A stretch of 60,808 nucleotides of DNA, filler included, from 6 parts of 6 records of this genome joined end to end with filler, not necessarily neighbours in it, one strand, 5' to 3'. Shown: positions 40,193 through 49,651, counted from the first letter of the whole stretch. Numbers and translations: made by a program. The notes: generated by a model from the letters alone, not told the origin.

Positions 40193-40273
40193 TCAGCGTA
40201 ATCATTAACAACTGTTTCTGCATAGAGCGAATAGTTGTTTAGAGTTGATAAAAACCAAATATAAAATAAAATT

Positions 40274-41425
40274 ATGGCAAAATTTATTGTACCAAAGGAA
40301 GTATTTCATGGTTTAGGAAGTCTTGAAAACCTAAAAGGTTTAAAAGGAAAAAAAGCAGTTATCGTAATTGGAGGTAACTCTGTAAAAGCAAATGGATCTT
40401 TAGAAAGAACAGAGAACTATTTGAAAGAGGCAGGAATTTCATCAGTTGTATTTTCAGGAGTTGAAGCAGATCCATCAATTGATACGGTAATAAAAGGTGC
40501 TGAGTTTTTCACTCAGGAACAACCTGATGTGATTGTTGGTTTAGGTGGTTGTTCGGCAATCGATGCGGCAAAAGCAATGTGGGTATATTATGAGTATCCA
40601 GAATCAACATTGGAAGAGTTAGCAGCACCATTTGCAGTTAAACCAATGCGTAACAAAGCTTATTTTGTAGCAATTCCTTCTACTAGTGGAACCGGAACTG
40701 AAATCACAGGTCTTTCCGTAATTACCGATAAGGAAAAAGGAACAAAATATCCAATTGTTTCTCACGAATTAACGCCTGATGTAGCTATTGTTGATGGTGA
40801 ACTTTGCGAAAGTATGCCTGCTCATGTAACTGCAAATACCGGATTAGATGCATTGAGTCATGGTGTTGAGGCATATGTTTCAAACATTGCAGACCGTTAC
40901 AACGATGCTTTGGCTAAAGGAGCTATTGAATTGGTATTTGAAAATCTTCAAAAAGCACACACAGAGCCTAATAATAAGGAAGCGCGTCAGGCAATGCACG
41001 ATGCATCATGTATGGCAGGTATGGCATTTACAAATGTATGGTTGGGAATTGTTCACTCCATGTCTCACCAAATTGGTGGTACGTTTGGTATTCCTCACGG
41101 ATGTGGTAATGCGATCCTAATGCCAAATGTAACTCGTTTCAACTCAAAAGTGACCGATAAGTATGATGATTTAGCAACATTATTTGGGAAATCAACTGCT
41201 GAAGATTTTGCGCAAGAGATTGAGACTCTGCGTTCATCAGTTGGTGTTGTTGGTTCAATTAAAGAGTATGGTATTAGCCAGGAAGAGTGGGATGCGAAAT
41301 TAGATACGTTAACACAGAATGCAATGGATGATCCTTGTACGCTTTTCAATCCTAGAAAACCTAAGTTTGAAGAAATTAAAGCGATTTATCAAGCTTGTTA
41401 TAATGGAACTTCTATTGATTTATAA
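40274..41425 (+). CDS. Iron-containing alcohol dehydrogenase (butanol dehydrogenase-like)
   Basis: GVEADPS, GLGGCSAIDAAK, IPSTSGTGTE, GLDALSHGVEAY, GIVHSMSH, IPHG. Confidence 0.94.
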   Translation: MAKFIVPKEVFHGLGSLENLKGLKGKKAVIVIGGNSVKANGSLERTENYLKEAGISSVVFSGVEADPSIDTVIKGAEFFTQEQPDVIVGLGGCSAIDAAKAMWVYYEYPESTLEELAAPFAVKPMRNKAYFVAIPSTSGTGTEITGLSVITDKEKGTKYPIVSHELTPDVAIVDGELCESMPAHVTANTGLDALSHGVEAYVSNIADRYNDALAKGAIELVFENLQKAHTEPNNKEARQAMHDASCMAGMAFTNVWLGIVHSMSHQIGGTFGIPHGCGNAILMPNVTRFNSKVTDKYDDLATLFGKSTAEDFAQEIETLRSSVGVVGSIKEYGISQEEWDAKLDTLTQNAMDDPCTLFNPRKPKFEEIKAIYQACYNGTSIDL

Positions 41426-41447
41426 GAAATCGATGTAAAAGGACTGG

Positions 41448-41478
41448 AGGGGAGTTGTAATAACTCCCCTTTATTTTT
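41448..41478 (+). terminator. Intrinsic terminator after adh
   Basis: AGGGGAGTT-gtaat-AACTCCCCT followed by TTATTTTT. Confidence 0.8.
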
Positions 41479-41638
41479 GTATAATTAACTGTAATAGTAT
41501 ATTTTACATGCACAATTCGAGTTGGATGCCTAATAAAGCTAAATCGCGTGGAAACTAAGGGTTTATTTAGATTCATCCTAAAATAAAAAGCTGTTTAAAA
41601 ATAGCTTTTTAGTTGTAGGTAGGTATGCCACTTCTTTT

Positions 41639-41646
41639 TACATTTG
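41639..41646 (+). promoter_or_regulatory. Bacteroidota -7 promoter box for nfnAB
   Basis: TACATTTG matches TAnnTTTG, about 115 nt upstream of the start. Confidence 0.5.
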
Positions 41647-41760
41647 GAATAGAAACAAGTGCTGATGTTCAGATATGGAAACGATTGCGAATAAGCATGT
41701 TCCATATCCAAATCAATCAGTTTTTATTCTGTTTTTTTCATTCATTTATTAAAAAACGTA

Positions 41761-42579
41761 ATGAACAAGATCGTTGAAAAAGAAAATTTTTCAGAAAAAG
41801 TCGTAAAAATTGTAGTCGAGGCTCCTTTAATAGCCAAAGCTCGCAAGCCGGGTAACTTTGTAATCGTAAGAGTTGGCGAAAAAGGAGAGCGTATTCCTTT
41901 GACAATCGCAGGTGCGGATGTTAAAAAAGGAACTATTACCATGATCGTTCAGAAAATGGGAGTTTCTTCAAAGAAATTATGTGCTCTTGAAGTTGGTGAA
42001 GATGTAACTGATTTGGTTGGTCCTTTAGGAAAACCGACTGAAATTCATAATGTTGGAACTGTACTTTGTTGTGGTGGTGGAGTAGGTGTTGCACCACTTT
42101 TGCCTATCGTTGAGGGATATAAGAAAGCTGGTAATAAAGTAATCACTATTATTGCTGCACGTAATAAAGAGCTTTTGATTCTTGAAGATGAGATGCGTAA
42201 GCACTCTGATGAATTGATCATCATGACTGATGATGGTTCATATGGAAAAAAAGGATTGATTACAGAAGGAATGGAAGAAGTAATTCAACGTGAAAAAATT
42301 GACGAGTGTATTACTATCGGACCAGCTGTGATGATGAAGTTCTGTTCTTTGGTAACAAAGAAGCACGAAATTCCAACAATGGCTAGTTTGAATAGTATCA
42401 TGGTTGACGGAACAGGAATGTGCGGTGCTTGCCGTGTTACTGTTGATGGAAAAACCAAGTTTACTTGTGTTGATGGTCCTGAATTCGACGCGCACAAAAT
42501 TGATTTCGACGAAATGATGTCGAGATTGGGTGGATACAAGAGCGAAGAGCAGGATAAATTAGATCATTTTCACGAATAA
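41761..42579 (+). CDS. nfnA: NfnA/SudB-type FAD/NAD-binding subunit
   Basis: GERIPLTI, GPLG, GGGVGVAP, TDDGS, IMVDGTGMCGACRV...CVDGPEFD. Confidence 0.9.
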   Translation: MNKIVEKENFSEKVVKIVVEAPLIAKARKPGNFVIVRVGEKGERIPLTIAGADVKKGTITMIVQKMGVSSKKLCALEVGEDVTDLVGPLGKPTEIHNVGTVLCCGGGVGVAPLLPIVEGYKKAGNKVITIIAARNKELLILEDEMRKHSDELIIMTDDGSYGKKGLITEGMEEVIQREKIDECITIGPAVMMKFCSLVTKKHEIPTMASLNSIMVDGTGMCGACRVTVDGKTKFTCVDGPEFDAHKIDFDEMMSRLGGYKSEEQDKLDHFHE

Positions 42580-42605
42580 TTATTTAACTAGACAAACACA
42601 GGACA

Positions 42606-44108
42606 ATGGAAAGGTCTGAAGAATATATCAAAAACGAACGTAAAAAAGAGTGGCGCGTTGAGCTTCAAAAGAAGACAAAGGCGAAAGATCGTATGACTCT
42701 AGAAAGAGTTGAGATGACTGAAATGGATGCTAATGAGCGTATCAAATCGCAAAGAGTTGAAGTAAATCAGGGCTTAACTAAGGAGCAAGCGATACTTGAA
42801 GCTACTCGTTGTATGGATTGTGTGAACCCAACCTGTATGGAAGGTTGCCCGGTAAGCATTAACATCCCTAAGTTTATCAAGTACATTGAGAAGGGCGATA
42901 TTGGAAAAGCTGCTTCTGTATTGAAAGAAACATCTGCTTTGCCTGCTGTATGTGGTCGCGTTTGTCCACAGGAAGTACAGTGTGAGCAGAAGTGTTTCTA
43001 TGTAGAGAAATTGAATCAACCATCGGTTGCAATTGGTCACCTGGAGCGTTTTGCTGCTGACTGGGAAAGAGAATCAGGAGAGATTGCTGTACCAGAATGT
43101 GCTGAAAACAATGGTGTAAAAGTTGCTGTTATCGGTTCTGGTCCTTCAGGATTGTCATTTGCAGGAGATATGGCTAAGTTGGGATACGATGTAACTGTAT
43201 TCGAAGCGCTTCACGAAATTGGTGGTGTATTAAAATATGGTATTCCAGAATTCCGTTTGCCAAATGCTGTTGTTGATGTTGAGATTGACAACCTTCGCAA
43301 AATGGGAGTGAAGTTTGTAACCAACTTTATTGTTGGACAAACTGCTTCGTTGGAAGACCTTAAAGAGCAAGGATATAAATCATTTTACGTAGGTTCTGGT
43401 GCTGGTTTACCAAGATTTATGAACATTCCTGGTGAGAATGCCAATGGTATCCTTTCATCAAACGAATACTTAACTCGTGTGAACCTAATGGGTGCTGATG
43501 CTGAAGATTCAGATACTCCGGTTCTTCGTGGTAAAAACGTAGTTGTAGTTGGTGGTGGTAATACTGCTATGGACTCGGTACGTACTGCCAAGCGTTTGGG
43601 TGCTGAAAGAGCAATGATTGTATATCGTCGTTCTGAAGAGGAGATGCCAGCACGTGTTGAAGAGGTTCATCACGCGAAACAAGAAGGTGTTGAATTCTTG
43701 ACTTTGACCAATCCTATTGAATACATTGCTGATGAAAAAGGTCGTGTAAAGCAGGTTAGAGTTCAGAAAATGGAATTGGGTGAGCCTGATGCTTCAGGAC
43801 GTAGAAGACCTATTCCAATGGAAGGATCGGAATACAATATTGATGCAACTGTTGTGGTTGTAGCCGTTGGTGTATCTCCGAATCCATTGATTCCAAACTC
43901 GGTTGAAGGATTGGAAGTATCTAAATGGGGAACTATTGAGGTTGTGAAAGACAAGATGCAATCTTCAATTCCAGAGGTATTTGCTGGTGGTGACATCGTT
44001 CGTGGTGGAGCAACTGTAATCCTTGCTATGGGTGATGGTCGTAAGGCTGCTGCCAATATGGATGTATATTTAAGAGAGAAGTATTTGTCTCAAAAAGTGG
44101 AACAATAA
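42606..44108 (+). CDS. nfnB: NfnB/SudA (GltD-like) subunit of electron-bifurcating transhydrogenase
   Basis: RCMDC..PTCMEGCPV, CGRVCPQEVQCE, GSGPSG, YGIPEFRLP, GGGNTAMD, YRRS, AGGDIVRGGATVILAM; paired with nfnA and no gltB nearby. Confidence 0.88.
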   Translation: MERSEEYIKNERKKEWRVELQKKTKAKDRMTLERVEMTEMDANERIKSQRVEVNQGLTKEQAILEATRCMDCVNPTCMEGCPVSINIPKFIKYIEKGDIGKAASVLKETSALPAVCGRVCPQEVQCEQKCFYVEKLNQPSVAIGHLERFAADWERESGEIAVPECAENNGVKVAVIGSGPSGLSFAGDMAKLGYDVTVFEALHEIGGVLKYGIPEFRLPNAVVDVEIDNLRKMGVKFVTNFIVGQTASLEDLKEQGYKSFYVGSGAGLPRFMNIPGENANGILSSNEYLTRVNLMGADAEDSDTPVLRGKNVVVVGGGNTAMDSVRTAKRLGAERAMIVYRRSEEEMPARVEEVHHAKQEGVEFLTLTNPIEYIADEKGRVKQVRVQKMELGEPDASGRRRPIPMEGSEYNIDATVVVVAVGVSPNPLIPNSVEGLEVSKWGTIEVVKDKMQSSIPEVFAGGDIVRGGATVILAMGDGRKAAANMDVYLREKYLSQKVEQ

Positions 44109-44202
44109 GATAGATGCAAGTTAAAAGTGGCAAGCTTCAAGAGATATTTGTAACTTGATACTTGGAACTTATTTATGCTATACTTTAAAATTAAATAAAG
44201 AT

Positions 44203-44661
44203 ATGAAGGAATTTAATTCACTTGACGATATTTTAGATTTTGCCATTAACGAAGAGAAAATGGCTGCTGAGTTTTATACAGCTCTTGCTGGAAAGATGAA
44301 ACACCAGGAGATGAAAGATACTTTCGAGCAATATGCTTTGGAAGAGATCGGACACAGAACAAAACTGGAAGCCATCAAAAATGGTAAGCAGTACAACATG
44401 TCGACTGAGAAAGTTGCTGATTTAAAAATTGGTGATTATTTGGTTGAAGTTGATACGGAGAAAACAAATATCACTTACCAGGAAGCTTTAACTATTGCAA
44501 TGAAAAAGGAGAAGGCTGCTTTTAAATTGTATATGGATTTGGCTGCTGCTGCAAACGATGCTACATCAAAAGATTTATTTATGATGTTGGCTAACGAAGA
44601 AGCAAAACACAAATTGAGATTCGAAGTTGAGTATGATAGTAACATCTTGACAGAGAATTAA
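44203..44661 (+). CDS. Ferritin-like/rubrerythrin-family diiron protein
   Basis: FAINEE..A..FY, EEIGH, AMKKEKAAFKLY, EEAKH. ATG 44203 preferred to TTG 44155. Confidence 0.9.
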   Translation: MKEFNSLDDILDFAINEEKMAAEFYTALAGKMKHQEMKDTFEQYALEEIGHRTKLEAIKNGKQYNMSTEKVADLKIGDYLVEVDTEKTNITYQEALTIAMKKEKAAFKLYMDLAAAANDATSKDLFMMLANEEAKHKLRFEVEYDSNILTEN

Positions 44662-44676
44662 AATTCGATAAGAAAT

Positions 44677-44710
44677 AAAAAAAGCCGTGGCATGATGCTA
44701 CGGCTTTTTT
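44677..44710. terminator. Bidirectional intrinsic terminator
   Basis: AAAAAAAGCCGTGGCAT-g-ATGCTACGGCTTTTTT between convergent genes. Confidence 0.85.
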
Positions 44711-44730
44711 GTTTGAATCAAATTCTATAT

Positions 44731-45630
44731 TTAGTTTTTATGCTGAGCGTTAACAACATCGGCTCCAACCATAGCTTCCATTACTTTTCCTTTCATACCT
44801 ATGTCAGAAGTCATGAAGATGACATTTTTATTTTTTTCACCCATAGAGATAAGCGTATCCTGATCAATCAGCTTCATCACCAATTCTGTAGCATCTTTAA
44901 TCTCCATATTGGTTCCTACAGTTAAATCTTTGATTGCTTTTTCACGTCCTTTTAAAACTGCCATCTGCTGTAAAGCAACACCTTCACCCTGTAATTTCTT
45001 GCTTTCCTTCTCAGCTTCTGCAGCTTTAATGATAAGAATTTTATCAGCTTCTCCTTTTTCTTCAGCAGCCTGGCGAAGTCTCTTCTGTTCGTTAATCGCA
45101 TTCATTGCATCTACCACTTTAGAATCTGGCAAGATATCAACAACCAATGTTTTCTTAATATCAAAACCATAATTTGATAGTAAAGAGTTCAAGCCTTCCA
45201 TTACCGTATTGGCAATATTGTCTTTGTTTTCGTAAACCATATCCAGCTCCATTTTTGGTACCTCAGCTCTTACGGCATCGAAAACAAAAGATTCGATTTG
45301 GGCAGTAGAGTCTGCAAGTTCGTAAAAAGAGTTTTTAATACTTTCCACATCAGCCTTAATAAGGTACTGTATGGCAACTTCAATTTTCAAGGTTACTTTA
45401 TCCTGAGTAATGGTTTCAACCGGAACACGTAGTTCCTGAATCTGTAAGTTCTGAATACCTACGACTTGATCGATAATAGGAATTCTAAGGCTGATACCCG
45501 CTCTGCGAACGGATTGAAACTTACCCAATCGTTGTATGATTTTAGCCTGTTTCTGATTCACGATAATGATTGAGAGTAGTATGAATATAAATCCTAATAC
45601 ACTACATGCGATAATGATGAAATTTTCCAT
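44731..45630 (-). CDS. SPFH/Band-7 domain membrane protein
   Basis: N-terminal TM, IIQRLGKF..V..AG, ETITQDKV, FVFDAVRAEVPKMELD, AMNAIN, KAAEAEKESKKLQGEGVA. Confidence 0.92.
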   Translation of the reverse strand: MENFIIIACSVLGFIFILLSIIIVNQKQAKIIQRLGKFQSVRRAGISLRIPIIDQVVGIQNLQIQELRVPVETITQDKVTLKIEVAIQYLIKADVESIKNSFYELADSTAQIESFVFDAVRAEVPKMELDMVYENKDNIANTVMEGLNSLLSNYGFDIKKTLVVDILPDSKVVDAMNAINEQKRLRQAAEEKGEADKILIIKAAEAEKESKKLQGEGVALQQMAVLKGREKAIKDLTVGTNMEIKDATELVMKLIDQDTLISMGEKNKNVIFMTSDIGMKGKVMEAMVGADVVNAQHKN

Positions 45631-45739
45631 TGTTTAGTTTTATAAATTAATTAATGATTTTGTGATTACTATTTTTTAATGCCTGGTTGGGCTATGAATG
45701 TTAATATTTCTTTTCATACTGCTTTATTTAATACATTAC

Positions 45740-46324
45740 TTACATAGAGAATACCTTATAATTGTCCTCCTCTTCTGAATCATCTGAGCAGCCAAGAAAG
45801 TTTGCTGTAATTGTCCACGAGGCATGTCCCAGTATTTTAGAAATCCACCTTTTTGCTTCGGTAGAAAAGTTCTTCGATTCTAAAAACTTTATACAGAAAG
45901 TCTTTAAAAAGCTATCCGAAGATAAATTCTGATAAGGGATTTCATACTTCGTAAAAAGCAATTTGACTTGTTTGTTGACATACTGAGAGGATAAGACCTG
46001 TTTACCGGAATTGTTTAAAAAGATGTATTGATCAGATGTTGGAGATCCTAATTTTGCATGGATTCTACGGATAATATTTTGAATGTCATCTATGATATAA
46101 ATGCTTCTTATTTTGTTTTTATCTTGAATCTCAAAAGAAGTCTTGCCTAAAATATCTTCCCATCGAATCGTTAAGATGCTTTTTAATCTAAGACCAAAAA
46201 AACATCCGAAAGCAACAATTAAAGCTATTTTATATTGTTTATCCAACTCTAGCTTTTGGATGCTAACTGGAATGTACTTCCAATTAATATGTTCAGATTT
46301 AGATGTATCTTTATTTAATGTCAT
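45740..46324 (-). CDS. Tyrosine recombinase catalytic-domain homologue, apparently inactive
   Basis: GCFFGLR..SIL.IRW (box I); box II SSDSFLKTF in place of SxHSLRKTF; LGHASWTITANFLG in place of HSSxxITxRYLG. Confidence 0.8.
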   Translation of the reverse strand: MTLNKDTSKSEHINWKYIPVSIQKLELDKQYKIALIVAFGCFFGLRLKSILTIRWEDILGKTSFEIQDKNKIRSIYIIDDIQNIIRRIHAKLGSPTSDQYIFLNNSGKQVLSSQYVNKQVKLLFTKYEIPYQNLSSDSFLKTFCIKFLESKNFSTEAKRWISKILGHASWTITANFLGCSDDSEEEDNYKVFSM

Positions 46325-46590
46325 TTATTTTTCCTGATAGTGAATTCTTAGGTGAATATAGAATAAAAGTTTCAAAAAACAAAGTTTAAGAATAAAAATG
46401 AAACTAAATAATGTAATTATACCTATCGAATATCTAATTGTAATTTAATTTTTATTCAAGACAATATAGAGGCAAAGGAGTGATGCTTAAAATTTATGTA
46501 ATCTAAAAAGCAGGACGAAGCCTGGGAGTTTAAAAAGAATTATGTGATGTTATGTACTTTTTGCCCTCAAGCCGGACGGGCTTTAACTTT

Positions 46591-46690
46591 NNNNNNNNNN
46601 NNNNNNNNNNNNNNNNNNNNNNNNNNNNNNNNNNTTAATTAATTAANNNNNNNNNNNNNNNNNNNNNNNNNNNNNNNNNNNNNNNNNNNN
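46591..46690. other. Artificial contig spacer
   Basis: Same N44-TTAATTAATTAA-N44 linker. Confidence 0.98.
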
Positions 46691-46762
46691 AAGAAACTAA
46701 TTAAAATTTATATAGTTGAAGAAAAATTTTATTAACTATAATTTAGGCAGGAGGACAAAAGA

Positions 46763-48415
46763 GTGAAAAAAGTGCTTGGATTTGGACTAATTATGAGTTC
46801 GGTTATATTGGCTGAGGAATTCAATTTAGATACGGAAATTAAAGGTGAAATCAAAAAAACATATGAAATTTCAAGAGAGATTCTTGATGAAGTAACAGAG
46901 GTTGCTCCTGAATCCACGGAAATCAAAAACTTCGATATTGTAAATGAAGTTAAATTAGATAACGTAGAGGGAGAAATAGAGAAAGTAGAACTTCAAATTA
47001 ATGAAGAGATTAATTTGGATTTGGATATTGATGAAGCTATAGGAGAGATAGATGAGTTACTTGAAGAAGCAGACTCAGATAATTATTTTAAGTTTGGAGC
47101 GGGGGGGTATAACTCTCTGGACTCGTTTAACTACGGAATAAGATATTCAAATGAGATAAAAGAATCTGATCTAGACTATAAAATAAATATTGATAGAGAG
47201 ATCAGAGGAGAAGATAAAGATCATAGTGATGTAAGTAAGGATCTGTTTAGTGCTGAAGTGAATTATCAGCAATATCAAATAGCGATAGAGCATCAGATTA
47301 AAGATCAAGAATATCTTGGTGGTGGAGATAGAAAACTAAGTGAAACAGAACTTAATCTAAAATATGAAGTTAAGAGTACTCCTCAGAACAGCATATATGC
47401 AGGTTTTGATATCTACAGAGCCGGCTCTGAATCAGCTCAAGATGGCAGAGGATATGAAAACTTATATCTTCACGCTTATGCAGAGTATGAAGATATAATA
47501 GCTCAGGAGAAAATGAATCATATTTTAGAAACTAAAGCAGGCTATTACATAGATACTATGGAATCAACAAGCAGTAATATACTATATGTAGAAGCTTTTG
47601 ATAAATTAAAACATGTTGATTACAAGGGTTATGAATTTGATATTAAAGCAGGTATGGAAATAGTAAATAAAGATGTTGAAGATAATAATATTGGATTAAA
47701 TGCCGGAGTTAAGGCAATTAAAAAAATTGATGCTAAAATGAATGTAGCGGCATTTATTGAAAGAGAACAAAAAAATTCGACTACAAGAGATATAATGAGT
47801 GGATTAGGTTATGTAAATGATATCTTAATGTTCCAGAATAGCTCAGGAGATAATACTGAATTGAAGCCTGAAGATAACTTTATTTTAGGAGCTTCAGTTG
47901 ATTATACAGAGGAAAATTTATTTGGAGAACTTGCTCTGAAATTAATCAGTTCAAAAGATAAAATTGCTTATTCGCAAGTTGACTTTGGAACAGAGAAAGC
48001 TATTGCGGCAGGTAATTATGATGAGGATTTAAGCTGGACAGAACTTGAGGCAAAAGCGGCTTACACAGTGGATGAGTTTAGAGGAGAAGTTATTGCTAAA
48101 TACTCTACACTTGAAGAGTTAGCATATGTTCCAACTTATACAACTACATTAAGTGGTATATATGATAAAGATAAAGTAAGAGTCCAGGCTGATATAAATA
48201 TGTACTCTAATATGTATACTGAAACATCTGGAACAGCCGGAAGATATGAAGTAGATGGTTATACGTCAATGGATATTACTTATTTATATAAATTTACATC
48301 ACTTATGGAAGGTAGTATAATAGTATCGAATTTATTAAATGCTGAAAAAGAAGTTTTAGAAGATTATAAAATAGATGAAAGAAAAATAACTTTTGAATGC
48401 AAAGTTAGATATTAA
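46763..48415 (+). CDS. Outer-membrane beta-barrel protein (TonB-dependent-receptor-like)
   Basis: Signal peptide, amphipathic beta pattern, LKPED, GYTSMDITYLY...VSNLLN, C-terminal aromatic Y; upstream of exbBD-tonB; AGGAGG RBS. Confidence 0.7.
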   Translation: MKKVLGFGLIMSSVILAEEFNLDTEIKGEIKKTYEISREILDEVTEVAPESTEIKNFDIVNEVKLDNVEGEIEKVELQINEEINLDLDIDEAIGEIDELLEEADSDNYFKFGAGGYNSLDSFNYGIRYSNEIKESDLDYKINIDREIRGEDKDHSDVSKDLFSAEVNYQQYQIAIEHQIKDQEYLGGGDRKLSETELNLKYEVKSTPQNSIYAGFDIYRAGSESAQDGRGYENLYLHAYAEYEDIIAQEKMNHILETKAGYYIDTMESTSSNILYVEAFDKLKHVDYKGYEFDIKAGMEIVNKDVEDNNIGLNAGVKAIKKIDAKMNVAAFIEREQKNSTTRDIMSGLGYVNDILMFQNSSGDNTELKPEDNFILGASVDYTEENLFGELALKLISSKDKIAYSQVDFGTEKAIAAGNYDEDLSWTELEAKAAYTVDEFRGEVIAKYSTLEELAYVPTYTTTLSGIYDKDKVRVQADINMYSNMYTETSGTAGRYEVDGYTSMDITYLYKFTSLMEGSIIVSNLLNAEKEVLEDYKIDERKITFECKVRY

Positions 48416-48510
48416 TAAAAATAAATTAACAAATAAAAACTAATTATACTTGTTAAATTAACAACTTTATAAACTAAAGAGTTGTATAATTAACTAAGAA
48501 GGGAGAAAAA

Positions 48511-49125
48511 ATGTTAGAGATTTTTAAGGCCGGTGGTCCTTTGATGTATGCGATACTGTTATTATCAATACTTGGATTAGCAGTTATTGTAGATAGATTT
48601 ATTTATTTTATGTTTAAAGAGAGAGGCGATAGCTCTATTTTAAAAGATGAGCTAAGTGAAGCATTTAGAACTAAAAATAGAAAAGCAGCAATAGAACTAT
48701 GTGCTCTTTATAATAACTCAAGTACAACAGTACTTAGCGGAATATTAGAAGAAGTTGATTTTGATAAAGAAGTTAATATTGAGCACTTGGAAGAAAAAGC
48801 CAGAGAGGTTGCTCTTCATCAGATTCCAATATTAGAAAGAAACATGTGGCTTTTAGGAGTATCAGCAACAGTAACACCGTTAGTTGGTTTATTAGGAACA
48901 GTAGCTGGTATGATATTAGCATTTAAGGATATTGCAAAAGTTGGTACAGGAAATCCAGCAATACTTGCAGACGGGATTTCACAGGCGTTAATTACAACAG
49001 CGGCAGGTTTAACAGTAGCAATCCCGGCAGTAATTTTTTATAATTACTTTAATAAAAGAATAGACATTATTATAAATGAAATGGAAAAATCAAGTGTTGA
49101 GCTTATTAATATGTTGAGAAAGTAG
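48511..49125 (+). CDS. exbB: ExbB/TolQ/MotA proton channel
   Basis: GGPLMY, TPLVGLLGTVAGMI.AF, GISQALITTAAGLTVAIPA. Confidence 0.95.
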   Translation: MLEIFKAGGPLMYAILLLSILGLAVIVDRFIYFMFKERGDSSILKDELSEAFRTKNRKAAIELCALYNNSSTTVLSGILEEVDFDKEVNIEHLEEKAREVALHQIPILERNMWLLGVSATVTPLVGLLGTVAGMILAFKDIAKVGTGNPAILADGISQALITTAAGLTVAIPAVIFYNYFNKRIDIIINEMEKSSVELINMLRK

Positions 49126-49131
49126 GTTGTC

Positions 49132-49575
49132 ATGAAGATAAGAAGATTTAGAGAGAGAAGAAATAAGATGCTAAGCATCGATATGACTCCTCTAATTGAT
49201 GTTGTTTTTCTTCTGTTAATATTCTTTATGGTTGGAACTACTTTTATTGAGCTTAATACAGGAATAAAAATAGAACTTCCTAAATCAACTGTAAAAGAAC
49301 TTTCTAAAGTAAAGGAAGTACTTGTAGTAGTTGATAAAGCTGAAAATATAGAGCTTGCGATAAAAAATAAAGATGGAAGCAATGAAAATGTAAAAGTTAA
49401 AATGGATGAACTTGAGGGAATCTTAAAAAACAAACTGGAAACAAGTAAAAATAAAAATGTAATAATTAAAGCGGATAAAAATTTAACACATGGTGTAATA
49501 GTTGACATTATGACCAGAGCAAAAAATGCAGGAGCAGAATCTCTTGATATCGCCACAGAGAGTGAGACAAAGTAG
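49132..49575 (+). CDS. exbD: ExbD/TolR
   Basis: IDMTPLIDVVFLLLIFFMV, IELPKS, IIKADK..THG.IVDIM. Confidence 0.95.
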   Translation: MKIRRFRERRNKMLSIDMTPLIDVVFLLLIFFMVGTTFIELNTGIKIELPKSTVKELSKVKEVLVVVDKAENIELAIKNKDGSNENVKVKMDELEGILKNKLETSKNKNVIIKADKNLTHGVIVDIMTRAKNAGAESLDIATESETK

Positions 49576-49651
49576 CGAAATAATTGAAAATATTTATTAT
49601 TTTTTAAGACAAAGTCAAAAAGATTCATTTTGATTTTAAAAAATAATTGAG

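Noticed and set aside
42606-44108. Glutamate synthase small subunit
   Set aside because: No large subunit adjacent and an nfnA-like partner directly upstream, so NfnB fits better.
46500-46590. GC-richer hairpins near the recombinase-like gene as a tRNA or attachment site
   Set aside because: No cloverleaf, T-loop or CCA recognisable; the sequence is cut by the contig end.
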